Below, piece by piece: positions 27,191 through 36,320 of a DNA stretch of 64,000 nt (its first letter is position 1; every line of letters starts with the position of its first letter). The position numbers and the translations under genes were made by a program. Under the pieces are notes generated by a model that ran no database searches, was not told the origin of the DNA, and saw only the letters and a list, made by a program, of their open reading frames with translations. Source of the DNA: an uncultured Dehalococcoidia bacterium (GTDB lineage Bacteria; Chloroflexota; Dehalococcoidia; Bin125); contig CATQGW010000001.1 of the NCBI GenBank assembly GCA_958295515.1, forward strand, positions 1,006,658 to 1,070,657, given 5' to 3'.

Positions 27191-27998
27191 GTGAGTTCAT
27201 CCGTTCGTTTTACCCCCCCCCCCACAGGGACGTGCCGCCGCCAACAGCGCACGGTCTCCGCTGCGGTATCCGGGCGGGAAGTCGCGGGCGGTCAAGCACA
27301 TTCGCCCGCACATCCCCGCGAATGTCGGGCAGCTCTGTGCGCCGTTCCTGGGCGGCGCGAGCGTTGAGCTTGCGTGCGCCGCTGAGGGGATCGTCGTTCA
27401 CGGCTCCGACGCATTCGAGCCGCTGGTCAACTTCTGGCGCTTCGCGCTGACCGATGCCGGTCGCCTCGTTGAGCGAGTGCGGGATCATCACCCGTTGTTG
27501 AAGAGCGGGTTCTACAACCTACAGCGGAGTTACCATAACTTGACTGACCCGCTCGAACGGGCGGCGGTCTTCTTCGCGCTCAATCGATCTTCGTTTTCCG
27601 GGACGACGCTGTCAGGCGGTATGTCGCCGGGGCATCCGAGGTTCACGCCCGCGGCGATCACGCGCCTGGAGCAGTTTGCGAACGACGGTTTGTGCGTCGA
27701 GCACCTCGACTATCGAGAGGCGCTGACTCGCCATCCGAACGAATTTCTGTACCTGGATCCTCCTTACGCGAACGGGCAGCGCTTGTATGGCGACAGAGGC
27801 GACATGCACGGGAGCGTTGATCACCGCGAGCTGGCGGCGATGTTGTACCGACGCAGCGGATGGGTGCTGAGCTACAACGACTGCGCCGAGATACGCGAGC
27901 TGTATCGCGGCTACCGCATCATCGAACCGGGCTGGGCGTACGGCATGTCGGGGGAAGGCCGCCTGCGCTCGCGGGAATTGCTGATCATCGATGCCTAG
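27191..27998 (+). pseudogene. Dam-class (alpha, D12) N6-adenine DNA methyltransferase, out of frame at an 11-C homopolymer. It is a phase-OFF or frameshifted allele.
   Basis: GAAGGAGAG lies 6 nt before the GTG at 27191. The GTG frame runs through the C tract and stops at ~27360. A different frame encodes SPLRYPGGKSRAVKHIRPHIPANVGQLCAPFLGGASVEL (Dam motifs X and I) through to FLYLDPPYA (motif IV) and the stop at 27998. That frame has no start codon after its in-frame TGA at 27192 until the internal GTG at 27477. Removing one C joins the GTG frame to the Dam frame and gives a ~269-aa product. Confidence 0.7.
27213..27223. repeat. Homopolymeric C11 tract. On the minus strand it reads G11-TAAAAC.
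   Basis: Direct count across ...cgttttaCCCCCCCCCCCacaggg... Confidence 0.9.
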
Positions 27999-28854
27999 TC
28001 AAGCAGAGAGCGGCAAGGCGTGGGAATATGGACTTGCCCGCCGTCTGGGGCGGATGAACGGAGTGTCCATCCTCTCGAGCAATGCGCCGCTGGCAGCGCT
28101 CAAGGCGTATCATCAGTACGGCGAGCAGGCTCGAGCTGAGATCGAACGCGCTGCGGTTGCTGCCGCGAACTTCCTCGAAGCCCACGACGATCGTTTCGGG
28201 GAACTGGCGAACCTTGAGCTCCAGAGTGATCAGCGCGGTAGAGACGGCGATGTGCGCGACATTCTGGCGGCGACGCAAAGCGGCGACGTGATTGGCATTT
28301 CGGCGAAGCATCGACATCGAGCGCTCAAGCACTCGCGGCTGTCGGACAGCATCGACTTCGGCCTCGAGTGGTACGGCCGGCCTTGCTCGGCAACCTATTG
28401 GGCGCGCGTCAAGCCGGTGTTCGGCAGTCTTCGGCGTGTCAACGTCGGATACTGGCGTGAGTTGCCCGACAAGCATGACGGATATTACCGGCCGGTGTTG
28501 ACAGCGTTCATGGACGAGGTGCGGACCAATGCCGATGCGGCGCGGCTGCTGCGCTACGTCGTCGGGCGCTACGATTTCTACAAGGTGATCAAGTCGAACG
28601 GCGACATCGAGATTCAGTCGTTCAACCTCAGCGGCAGCCTGCAGTGGGGAGCCAAGTTGCCGATGCCGACTCGGATCGTTGAATTTCGACGGGAAACGGA
28701 TCGAGTCGGGACCGCTGAGCTGACGCTTGATCAAGGATGGCAGTTGTCGTTTCGCCTGCACAACGCCAATGCTGCGATCGAGCCGTCGCTCAAGTTCGAT
28801 ATCCAGTTGGTCGGGAGTCCGGAGGAGATGGGCAACTACACCACCGCCTATTGA
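27991..28854 (+). CDS. Putative type II restriction endonuclease partner of the Dam-class MTase, family unknown.
   Basis: 287-aa ORF whose ATG lies inside the MTase stop (ATGCCTAG). Coding-like composition and ~60% GC. A possible variant nuclease motif is GDVRD...GDVIGISAKH. The role is inferred from position only. Confidence 0.4.
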   Translation: MPSQAESGKAWEYGLARRLGRMNGVSILSSNAPLAALKAYHQYGEQARAEIERAAVAAANFLEAHDDRFGELANLELQSDQRGRDGDVRDILAATQSGDVIGISAKHRHRALKHSRLSDSIDFGLEWYGRPCSATYWARVKPVFGSLRRVNVGYWRELPDKHDGYYRPVLTAFMDEVRTNADAARLLRYVVGRYDFYKVIKSNGDIEIQSFNLSGSLQWGAKLPMPTRIVEFRRETDRVGTAELTLDQGWQLSFRLHNANAAIEPSLKFDIQLVGSPEEMGNYTTAY

Positions 28855-29033
28855 TGGTTGTCACCGGTTGGCGCGTACGCCGCGTTGAAGACTGCGGACG
28901 GCTTCGACGATTGCGCCGTGTGCTCGTACTCGCGCATGGCTGCTCCTCCCGCGTTGCGAGGGGAACGTATCGGGCCGGGGCGTGGGCGGCGAGCGTGGGC
29001 GTGGGCCCGCGGTGGGCCCTGTGGACCGGGGTT

Positions 29034-30119
29034 TTAGATGGGGGCGAGTTCGTCCATGAGCCAGGTGAGGCGCTCTTCGCTGAGTTTGGGGGCGGGCTTG
29101 GCGGCTTTTTCGGCGCTGCCGGGGTAGGCGAAGTTGCCCTGGCGGTCGCGGTCGGAGCTGCGCACGTACTGGCCGAGCCCGATCCGCCCGGCGTAGTCGA
29201 GGTGCTCGCGGGCGTACTTGGGCAGGTCGTCCCAGGTGACGGCGTGCGCCATTTCGGCGGCGACCTCGAAGTTGACCGCGTCGATCATCTTGTCCCACTC
29301 GCCGCGCAGCGAGAGTTCGTGCAGCTGCATGCCGAGCGAGTCGAAGCCGTGCGCTTCGAAGATGCGGTGGTAGGTGCGGGTGGAGCCGTAGAAGGAGATC
29401 GGCTGGCGCAGGCCCTCGATGGCTTGCTCGACTTCGGCTTCGGTCTCGCCGAAGGCCATGAAGCCGCCGACGGAGACTTCGATGTCTTCGACGTTGCGGC
29501 CGGCGCGGTCGGCGCCCTTTTTGACGTTGGGCAGGACGGATTCGAGCATCATTTTGTGGGTCATGAAGCCGTGCGGGCGGAGTCCGTCGGCGCAGGCGCC
29601 GGCGACCTGCGCCATCAGCGGGCCGACGTTGGCGAGGGAGATTTTGGGCGGCGCGTACTCGATCGGGCCGGGGTCGAACATGGGGGTCATGAGCGTGTAG
29701 GTGTAGTTGTCGGAGATGTATTCGGGGCGCTGGCCGGTCTGCCAGGAGTGCCAGACGGCGCGCATCATGCCGATGTAGTCCTCCATGCGGCGGGCGGGCG
29801 GCGTCCAGGTGCCGCCGAAGCGGCGGACGTTGTGGCCTTTGACCTGGCTGCCGAGTCCGATGTTGATGCGGCCGCCGGAGAGCTGCTGGAGGTCCCACAT
29901 GGCCTGGGCGAGGATCATCGGCGAGCGGGGGAAGGCGATGGTGACCGAGGAGCAGATTTCGACGCGCTCGGAGTGTTCGGCGGCGAGCGCCAGGGCGAGG
30001 GTGGAGTCGTGCTTGGTTTCGGGGGTGACGACGGCGTCGAAGCCGCGTTGTTCGGCGAGGCGCACCTGTTCGGGGATGCCGCCGAGCCAGCCGCCGCCGA
30101 AGCCGGTTTCGATTTTCAT
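29034..30119 (-). CDS. LLM-class F420/flavin-dependent oxidoreductase (luciferase-like).
   Basis: Starts MKIETGFGGGWLGGIPEQVRLAEQRGFDAVVTPE. I chose the second ATG because an AAAGGA RBS precedes it. Confidence 0.7.
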   Translation of the reverse strand: MKIETGFGGGWLGGIPEQVRLAEQRGFDAVVTPETKHDSTLALALAAEHSERVEICSSVTIAFPRSPMILAQAMWDLQQLSGGRINIGLGSQVKGHNVRRFGGTWTPPARRMEDYIGMMRAVWHSWQTGQRPEYISDNYTYTLMTPMFDPGPIEYAPPKISLANVGPLMAQVAGACADGLRPHGFMTHKMMLESVLPNVKKGADRAGRNVEDIEVSVGGFMAFGETEAEVEQAIEGLRQPISFYGSTRTYHRIFEAHGFDSLGMQLHELSLRGEWDKMIDAVNFEVAAEMAHAVTWDDLPKYAREHLDYAGRIGLGQYVRSSDRDRQGNFAYPGSAEKAAKPAPKLSEERLTWLMDELAPI

Positions 30120-30320
30120 GGGATCGGGTCCTTTCGCGGTCATCGCGGGTTGAGGGCAGTGTAGCCGCCTTGTTGGTAGCCGCCCTGTTGGCAGCCGCCT
30201 TGTTGCGGAGCGCCCCGGGGATGCGCACTGTTGCCTTCAGGCTGTCTGGCAAGCTGTCTGAATTGGCGGCATTGGGTACCCTGCCCGCAGCGCCGTCACA
30301 GCGGGCGCGGGAGACCTTGC

Positions 30321-31751
30321 ATGGCCGACTTTTATCGCCCGCCCTGGCGCGAGAGCTCCGGCCCGCTGCGTCGGCTCGTCGTGGAGCCGACGCTGCGCTT
30401 TATGCAGGTGGAGGCGGCGGGCGGGATTGCGCTGGCGGTGGCCGCGTTGATCGCGCTGATCTGGGCGAACATCAGCCCGGATTCGTACACTTCGTTCTGG
30501 CACACGGAGATCTCGTTCGACATCGGCATCTGGTCGTTTCAGGAGGACGGGCACGGGGTTCACCTGCAGCACGTGGTCGACGATGTGCTGATGGTGATTT
30601 TCTTTCTGGTGGTGGGCGCGGAGATCAAGCGTGAGGTGGTGCACGGGGAGCTGCGCAATCCGCGGCGCGCGGCGCTGCCGATTATGGCGGCGCTGGGCGG
30701 GATGCTGGTGCCGGCGGGGCTCTACGCGCTGCTCAACACGGGCGGTCCGGGCGGCCCCGGCTGGGGCATCCCGGTGGCCACGGACATCGCGTTCGCGCTG
30801 GGCGTGTTGGCGCTGCTGGGGCCGCGCGTGCCGATTCAGCTCAAGGTCTTCCTGCTCACCCTCGCGGTGGCGGACGATGTGGGCGGCATTCTGATCATTG
30901 CGGTCTTCTACAGCGAGGGCATTCGGCTCGAATGGCTGGCCGGGGTGGTCGGGGCGGTGGCCTTCCTGCTCGTGCTGAAGCGGGTTGGGGTGCGGTACTT
31001 CGGGGCGCATGCGATCGGCGGGGTGTTCCTCTGGCTGACGCTCTGGGAGGCGGGCATTCACTCGCCGCTGGCGGGCGTGATTCTCGGCCTGATCGTGCCC
31101 GCCAGCTCGCTCTACGACCACGGCGGCACGGCGCGCCGGATGGATTATCTGCTGCAACGCTTCCGGCACGCGATCGGCGACGATGATCCGCGCGTCGCGG
31201 AGCATGATTCGCAGGAGGCGCTGCGGGGCATCCGCCATGTTGCGCACGAGGGGATGAGTCCGCTCGAGCGTCTGGAGGAGACGACGGCGCCGATCTCGGC
31301 CTTTGTGGTGGTGCCGATTTTCGCGCTGGCGAACGCGGGGATCGTGCTCAACGCGGACAGCATCAGTGAGGCGGTGAGTTCGAACATCGCGATCGGCATC
31401 TTCGCCGGCTTGCTGCTGGGCAAGGTCGTGGGCATTATGGGCGGCTCGCTGCTGGCGGTGCGGCTGGGGCTGGCGATCAAGCCGCCGGAGCTGCTCTGGC
31501 GCGATATCGCGGGGGCCTCGCTGCTGGCGGGGATCGGCTTCACCGTCGCCATTTTCATTGCGGATCTCTCGTTCCCGCGCGACGACCAGGCGGCGGTGGA
31601 GGAGGTGGCGAAGATGGGGATTTTCGCGGCCTCGGTTGTGGCGGCGGTTCTGGGCTACGCGGTGCTGCGCTTCACGACGGGCCACCGCGTCGCGCCGGCG
31701 GAGGCGGTTGTGGAGCCGGAGGCGCCGCCGGTCGCGACGGGCACGAAGTGA
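30321..31751 (+). CDS. nhaA: Na+/H+ antiporter NhaA.
   Basis: Multi-TM protein carrying the NhaA signature ...IPVATDIAFALGVLALLG... Confidence 0.75.
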   Translation: MADFYRPPWRESSGPLRRLVVEPTLRFMQVEAAGGIALAVAALIALIWANISPDSYTSFWHTEISFDIGIWSFQEDGHGVHLQHVVDDVLMVIFFLVVGAEIKREVVHGELRNPRRAALPIMAALGGMLVPAGLYALLNTGGPGGPGWGIPVATDIAFALGVLALLGPRVPIQLKVFLLTLAVADDVGGILIIAVFYSEGIRLEWLAGVVGAVAFLLVLKRVGVRYFGAHAIGGVFLWLTLWEAGIHSPLAGVILGLIVPASSLYDHGGTARRMDYLLQRFRHAIGDDDPRVAEHDSQEALRGIRHVAHEGMSPLERLEETTAPISAFVVVPIFALANAGIVLNADSISEAVSSNIAIGIFAGLLLGKVVGIMGGSLLAVRLGLAIKPPELLWRDIAGASLLAGIGFTVAIFIADLSFPRDDQAAVEEVAKMGIFAASVVAAVLGYAVLRFTTGHRVAPAEAVVEPEAPPVATGTK

Positions 31752-31787
31752 GCCGTTGATCCGCTGCGCTCGCTCAAGCGTGCGGCC

Positions 31788-32369
31788 TTGGCAGGGCGCG
31801 GCGGTGCGGGTATAACCCTGGGCGTGGATACGAAGAGCGGGCGACGCCGCGCAGACGGCAACGCGGACGAGATCGCGGCGCTGCTCGGCGACGAGCGGGC
31901 GGTGTCGCGCGAGGCGGGCGCGCGTCGGGCGGCGCGCGACGGCTCGGCGCGGCACCTGCGAACGCTCAACGAGCTGGCGCTCGGCGATCCGTCGCAGCGG
32001 GTGCGGCGCGAGGCGGCGGCCTCGATTGGCCGCATCGCGGCCGAGCTGCCGGAGGCGTTTGCGATGCTGGCGGGGCTGGCCGAGCACACGGATCCGGGGG
32101 TGGTGCTGCAGGCCGCGCGTGGGCTGATGCGCAGCGGTCGGGGCTGCACACAGCGGGCGATCGCCGAACCGCTGCTGGATCGCCTCGCGGCGCATCCCAA
32201 CGAGGTCGTGCGCGACTTCGTGGCGGTCGAGCGGGGGCGCGCAGCCCGCGGTCATAACGCGCGTGCGGGGGGGGGGGGGGGTAAAAGCGCACCGCGACGC
32301 GCCGGCCTGGCTGGAGAATCGACTGGTGCAGGGCGACGCGCTCGAGCTGCTGCGGCGCTTGCCCGATGA
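31788..32369 (+). CDS. HEAT / PBS-lyase repeat protein. The C-terminal tail beyond the G tract is probably not native.
   Basis: TTG start. Repeats present: DPSQRVRREAAASIGRI, DPGVVLQAARGL and HPNEVVRDFVA. The reading frame passes through the G15 tract, encoding GGGGG. Confidence 0.45.
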   Translation: MAGRGGAGITLGVDTKSGRRRADGNADEIAALLGDERAVSREAGARRAARDGSARHLRTLNELALGDPSQRVRREAAASIGRIAAELPEAFAMLAGLAEHTDPGVVLQAARGLMRSGRGCTQRAIAEPLLDRLAAHPNEVVRDFVAVERGRAARGHNARAGGGGGKSAPRRAGLAGESTGAGRRARAAAALAR

Positions 32370-33132
32370 CAGCATTCACCTGACGTTCACGTCGCCGCCC
32401 TACTACAACGCGCGTGATTACTCGGTCTACGAGTCCTACGAGGCTTACCTCGACTTTCTGGAATCGGTCTTCGCCGAGCTGCACCGCGTCACCAAAGAGG
32501 GGCGCTTTCTGGTGGTCAACACCTCGCCGGTGATCGTGCCGCGCGCGGGGCGGCAGCATGAGAGTCACCGCTTCGCGATTCCGTTCGACCTGCACCCGCG
32601 GCTGACGGCGCAGGGCTGGCGGTTCATCGACGACATCATCTGGCGCAAGCCGGACGGGGCGGCGAAGCCGCGCAATTCGGGCTTTGCGTCGCACCGCCAG
32701 CCGCTGACCTGGAAGGCGAATGCGGTGACGGAGTATGTGATGGTCTACCGCAAGCGGTCGGCGCGGCTGATCGACTGGAATCTGCGGCAGTACCCGGCGG
32801 ATGTGCGCGAGGCGAGCCGCGCGCCGGACGACTATGAAACGAGCAATGTGTGGGAGATTGATCCCGCCGTTGATCGGGTGCATAGCGCGGTGTTTCCTGC
32901 GGCGCTGTGCGAGCGGGTGATCGCGTATTACTCGATGGTGGGGGACCTGATTTTCGATCCGTTCGCGGGCAGCGGAACGGTGGGGGTGGCGGCGCTGAAG
33001 CTGGAGCGGCGGGCGCTGCTGGCGGAGATCGATGATCGGTATGTGCAGCGGATTCAGAACCGCGTCGGTATGCAAATGCGCGCCTGCACGATCGAACAGT
33101 TATTGGAGGGGCGCGATGCGTCTGAGTCCTGA
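32263..33132 (+). CDS. Beta-class DNA methyltransferase (motif IV SPPY before motif I), probably N4-cytosine specific.
   Basis: The motif order is NRLVQGDALELLRRLPDDSIHLTFTSPPYYN and then FDPFAGSGTVGVAA. The annotated start is the GTG 4 nt before the G tract. An alternative start is the GTG at ~32326, which has a GGAGA RBS. Confidence 0.75.
   Translation: MRGGGGVKAHRDAPAWLENRLVQGDALELLRRLPDDSIHLTFTSPPYYNARDYSVYESYEAYLDFLESVFAELHRVTKEGRFLVVNTSPVIVPRAGRQHESHRFAIPFDLHPRLTAQGWRFIDDIIWRKPDGAAKPRNSGFASHRQPLTWKANAVTEYVMVYRKRSARLIDWNLRQYPADVREASRAPDDYETSNVWEIDPAVDRVHSAVFPAALCERVIAYYSMVGDLIFDPFAGSGTVGVAALKLERRALLAEIDDRYVQRIQNRVGMQMRACTIEQLLEGRDASES
32267..32281. repeat. Homopolymeric G tract of ~15 nt, followed by TAAAAG.
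   Basis: Read directly. The tract length of 15 is the one consistent with both track ORF frames (HEAT ...ARAGGGGGK and MTase MRGGGGVK). Confidence 0.85.
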
Positions 33133-34030
33133 CGGCCTGCGGCACGCGATTCGCTGCCTGATCCGCGACGGCCAGAGCCATCGGCAGGCGATTTTCGAGG
33201 AGATCAACCGCGAATTCGTGCGCCATGCGGTTGAGTTTTTCACCGAGGTCGCGCACGCCAAGCTGAAGGGCGAAGACCTGGCGGCCTCCGAGGACTGGTA
33301 CGAACGGCAGCTGCTGCGCAGCGGCCGATACAGCAAGGAAGAGATCGCTGTTCACGCCGGCATTCCGATGAAAACGATCGAGAACATTCACGAGTCGACC
33401 AGCTCCAATGTGGTGCTCGACGCCAGCTTGCAGAATCATCAGGCGCTGCGGCGGACGATCGAAGAGGTTCTCGCCGCCGGGGAGGGTCCCTCGATCACGT
33501 TGACGATCAAGCTGCGCGGCGTTGGGGTGGATCTCAGCCTCGATGAGAGTCTGATCGTAATCAATTCATTGGCGGTCAAGCGCGAGCGGATTCGCGGCGG
33601 GATGTGGTCCACAGCGGGCAAGCAGGTTGAGGTGCCGCTGATGGCGACGCTCTGTCTGCTGCACGGTGTGGATGATCGCTTCTGGCGGATCGCCAAGCCT
33701 GACGAGTATCCGCATCAGATTGATTTCGTGTTGCAGAGCCACGGAAAGCAGTATCTCTGCGAAGTGAAGCTGATGGGCAAGGGGAACCCGGAAAGCGCCA
33801 AGGCTGCGCACGCGCACAATGCCAATCTGTTGGTCGCCGACCGCCTCTCGGAGCAGGCGAAGCAATCGTTGAGCAAGAACAATGTCGAGTGGGTAGAGCT
33901 GGCGGCAGCGTCGGGCTACCGGCGGTTCGGCGTTGTGCTGGACCGGTTCAACATTGAGCGAGGGGAAGCGGCTGATCTCGAGGGGTTGGATGAGATCATT
34001 GAGCGCGCCATTGAGCGCACGGCTCGCTGA
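33116..34030 (+). CDS. Putative type II restriction endonuclease of the PD-(D/E)XK class.
   Basis: Its ATG overlaps the MTase 3' end by 17 nt. The motif ...HQIDFVLQSHGKQYLCEVKLMG fits D-x13-E-x-K. Local GC is ~60%. Confidence 0.5.
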   Translation: MRLSPDGLRHAIRCLIRDGQSHRQAIFEEINREFVRHAVEFFTEVAHAKLKGEDLAASEDWYERQLLRSGRYSKEEIAVHAGIPMKTIENIHESTSSNVVLDASLQNHQALRRTIEEVLAAGEGPSITLTIKLRGVGVDLSLDESLIVINSLAVKRERIRGGMWSTAGKQVEVPLMATLCLLHGVDDRFWRIAKPDEYPHQIDFVLQSHGKQYLCEVKLMGKGNPESAKAAHAHNANLLVADRLSEQAKQSLSKNNVEWVELAAASGYRRFGVVLDRFNIERGEAADLEGLDEIIERAIERTAR

Positions 34031-34154
34031 GGCGGTGGTGGGATGTTCCGTCGTGCGGCTGTTGGGAGGGAGGCTTTGGCGGGGCTGTGGAGGTTGAATC
34101 CACAACATCCGCGCTTGTTTGCTTGTAGGGTATGCGGCGCACTTGGGAGAGGGA

Positions 34155-36206
34155 ATGCCGATGCCTATCGCAGCCGTGTTGAGCGCCAGGACCGTGGTCG
34201 GCGGCATTGCGCTCGCCGCGTTGCTGCTGTTGGTTGGCGTTGTTCTCGGTATCGCAGGCGGTTGGCAACAGGCGGAAGCTCAGGAGGAAGCCCGCGCGGT
34301 CGCGATCAGCGTCGGCGAATCGCACGCCTGCGCGCTGCTCGACTCGGGCGCGATCGAGTGCTGGGGCGACAACCGGTACGGTCAAACGGATGCGCCGAAC
34401 GGTCGCTTCAGCGCGGTCAGCGCGGGAGATCGGCATAGCTGCGGGCTGCGGGAGGGGGGCGAAGTCGAATGCTGGGGATGGAACGGGTTCGGCCAAACGG
34501 ATACACCGAGCGGCCGCTTTAGCGCGGTGAGCGCGGGTTTGTTCCACAGCTGTGGGCTGTGGAAGACGGGCGAAGTCGAGTGCTGGGGCGACAACCGGTA
34601 CGGTCAAACGGCTGCGCCGAGCGGTCGTTTCAGCGCCGTCAGCACGGGCAGCGCGCACAGCTGCGGGCTGCGGAAGACGGGTGCCGTCGAGTGCTGGGGA
34701 AGTAATGAGTACGGCCAAGCAGGTGCGCCGAGCGGTCGCTTCAGCGCGGTCAGCGCAGGCTGGGGGCACAGCTGCGGACTGCGGGAGACGGGTGCCGTCA
34801 AATGCTGGGGATACAACAGGTCTGGCGAAGCGGCTGCGCCGAGCGGTCGCTTCAGCGCGGTCAGCGCGGGCAGCTCGCGCAGTTGCGGGCTGCGGGAGAC
34901 GGGCGCGGTCGAGTGCTGGGGATGGAACGAGGACGACCAAACGGCTGCGTCGGGTGGTCGCTTCAGCGCGATCAGCGCAGGCTGGTCGCACATTTGCGGG
35001 CTGCGGGAGACGGGCGCGGTCGAGTGCTGGGAAGCCAACAATGCCGGCCAAGCGGCTGCGCCGAGCGGTCGCTTCGGCGCGGTCAGAGCGGGAAATTTGC
35101 ATAGCTGCGGGCTGCGGGAGACGGGCGCGGTGGAGTGCTGGGGAGCCAACAGTGCCGGCCAAACGGGTACACCGAGCGGCCGCTTCAGCGCGGTGAGTGC
35201 GGGCGGGTGGCACAGTTGCGGGCTGCGGGAGACGGGCGCGGTTGAGTGCTGGGGAGCCAACGCCTTCGGCCAAACGGCTGCGCCGAGCGGTCGTTTCAGC
35301 GCCGTCAGCACGGGCAGCGTGCACAGTTGCGGGCTGCGGGAGACGAGCGTGGTCGAGTGCTGGGGGTACAACGGGGGCGGCCGGACGGATGCGCCGAGCG
35401 GTCGCTTTAGCGCGGTCAGCGCAGGCGCTGCGCACAGCTGTGGACTGCGGGAGACGGGCGAGGTCGAGTGCTGGGGACGCAACTTGGACGGCCAAGCGGA
35501 TGCGCCGGGCGGTCGCTTCGGCGCGGTCAGCGCGGGCTGGCGTCACAGTTGCGGGCTGCAGGAGACCGGCGCGGTTGAGTGCTGGGGATATAACAGGTCC
35601 GGCCAAACGGATGCGCCGAGGGGTCGTTTCAGCGCGGTCAGCGCGGGCGAGTATCACAGCTGTGGGCTGCGGGAGACGGGCACGATCGAGTGCTGGGGGT
35701 ACACATTCGACGGACAGACGCAGCCGCCCACAGGGAAGCATCTTCAAATCAGCGCTGGTGCGAATCACGCCTGCGCGCTGAGCGAAGGCGGAACGGTCTC
35801 TTGCTGGACGATCTTCAACGGCGCTGCCGATGTGCCCGCCTGGTTGCGCGAGCCCAGCGTTGAGGCGGTGGGCGATTCTGCCAGCGGTCGGATTGTGGCG
35901 CGCAGGCTGGCCGATGGGCGCACTGAGTTTGCCTGGCTGCCTGCCGGGAGTGAGGAGCGCATCTTGCCGCGCTCGCGCTACTTCCCCACGGGCGCCGCCG
36001 TGGACCGCTGGCTGCGCTCCAGCCCGATCGAGGTTGACGGCGTTGAGATTGGGCGGATCAACGCGCGGCTGCTGGCGAATGGGCGGATTGAGTTGGCGTT
36101 TACGCCGACGGGCGGCGAGCGGATTCTGCCGCCGTCGCGCTACTTCCCGGTGAATGCCGGCGTGGACCGCTGGTTGCGGAGCACGGAGATCGATCCGGGC
36201 GGCTGA
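34155..36206 (+). CDS. Membrane-anchored RCC1-like repeat protein (~21 repeats of ~26 aa).
   Basis: N-terminal TM helix, then the consensus repeat GxVECWGxNxxGQTxAPSGRFSAVSAGxxHSCGLRET. The DNA is 78-bp tandem repeats. The many overlapping antisense ORFs in the track are artefacts. Confidence 0.7.
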   Translation: MPMPIAAVLSARTVVGGIALAALLLLVGVVLGIAGGWQQAEAQEEARAVAISVGESHACALLDSGAIECWGDNRYGQTDAPNGRFSAVSAGDRHSCGLREGGEVECWGWNGFGQTDTPSGRFSAVSAGLFHSCGLWKTGEVECWGDNRYGQTAAPSGRFSAVSTGSAHSCGLRKTGAVECWGSNEYGQAGAPSGRFSAVSAGWGHSCGLRETGAVKCWGYNRSGEAAAPSGRFSAVSAGSSRSCGLRETGAVECWGWNEDDQTAASGGRFSAISAGWSHICGLRETGAVECWEANNAGQAAAPSGRFGAVRAGNLHSCGLRETGAVECWGANSAGQTGTPSGRFSAVSAGGWHSCGLRETGAVECWGANAFGQTAAPSGRFSAVSTGSVHSCGLRETSVVECWGYNGGGRTDAPSGRFSAVSAGAAHSCGLRETGEVECWGRNLDGQADAPGGRFGAVSAGWRHSCGLQETGAVECWGYNRSGQTDAPRGRFSAVSAGEYHSCGLRETGTIECWGYTFDGQTQPPTGKHLQISAGANHACALSEGGTVSCWTIFNGAADVPAWLREPSVEAVGDSASGRIVARRLADGRTEFAWLPAGSEERILPRSRYFPTGAAVDRWLRSSPIEVDGVEIGRINARLLANGRIELAFTPTGGERILPPSRYFPVNAGVDRWLRSTEIDPGG

Positions 36207-36320
36207 GGTGGGTCCGCGCCCGGCGACCCCTCCCGACAGCGCCAGCCGGGGCATGCGCTATCCTCTGCGCTGCGCGCTGCTCTTGGCGCGTGACTGGATA
36301 GCTGTGAGGAGGCGGAACCC

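Noticed and set aside
27985-28761. 258-aa minus-strand ORF antisense to the putative endonuclease.
   Set aside because: Arg-rich composition. The plus-strand ORF has protein-like composition and is translationally coupled to the MTase.
32282-32369. Native C-terminus of the HEAT-repeat ORF beyond the G tract.
   Set aside because: The residues after GGGGG are simply the MTase N-terminal region read in another frame. The true stop probably depends on tract length.
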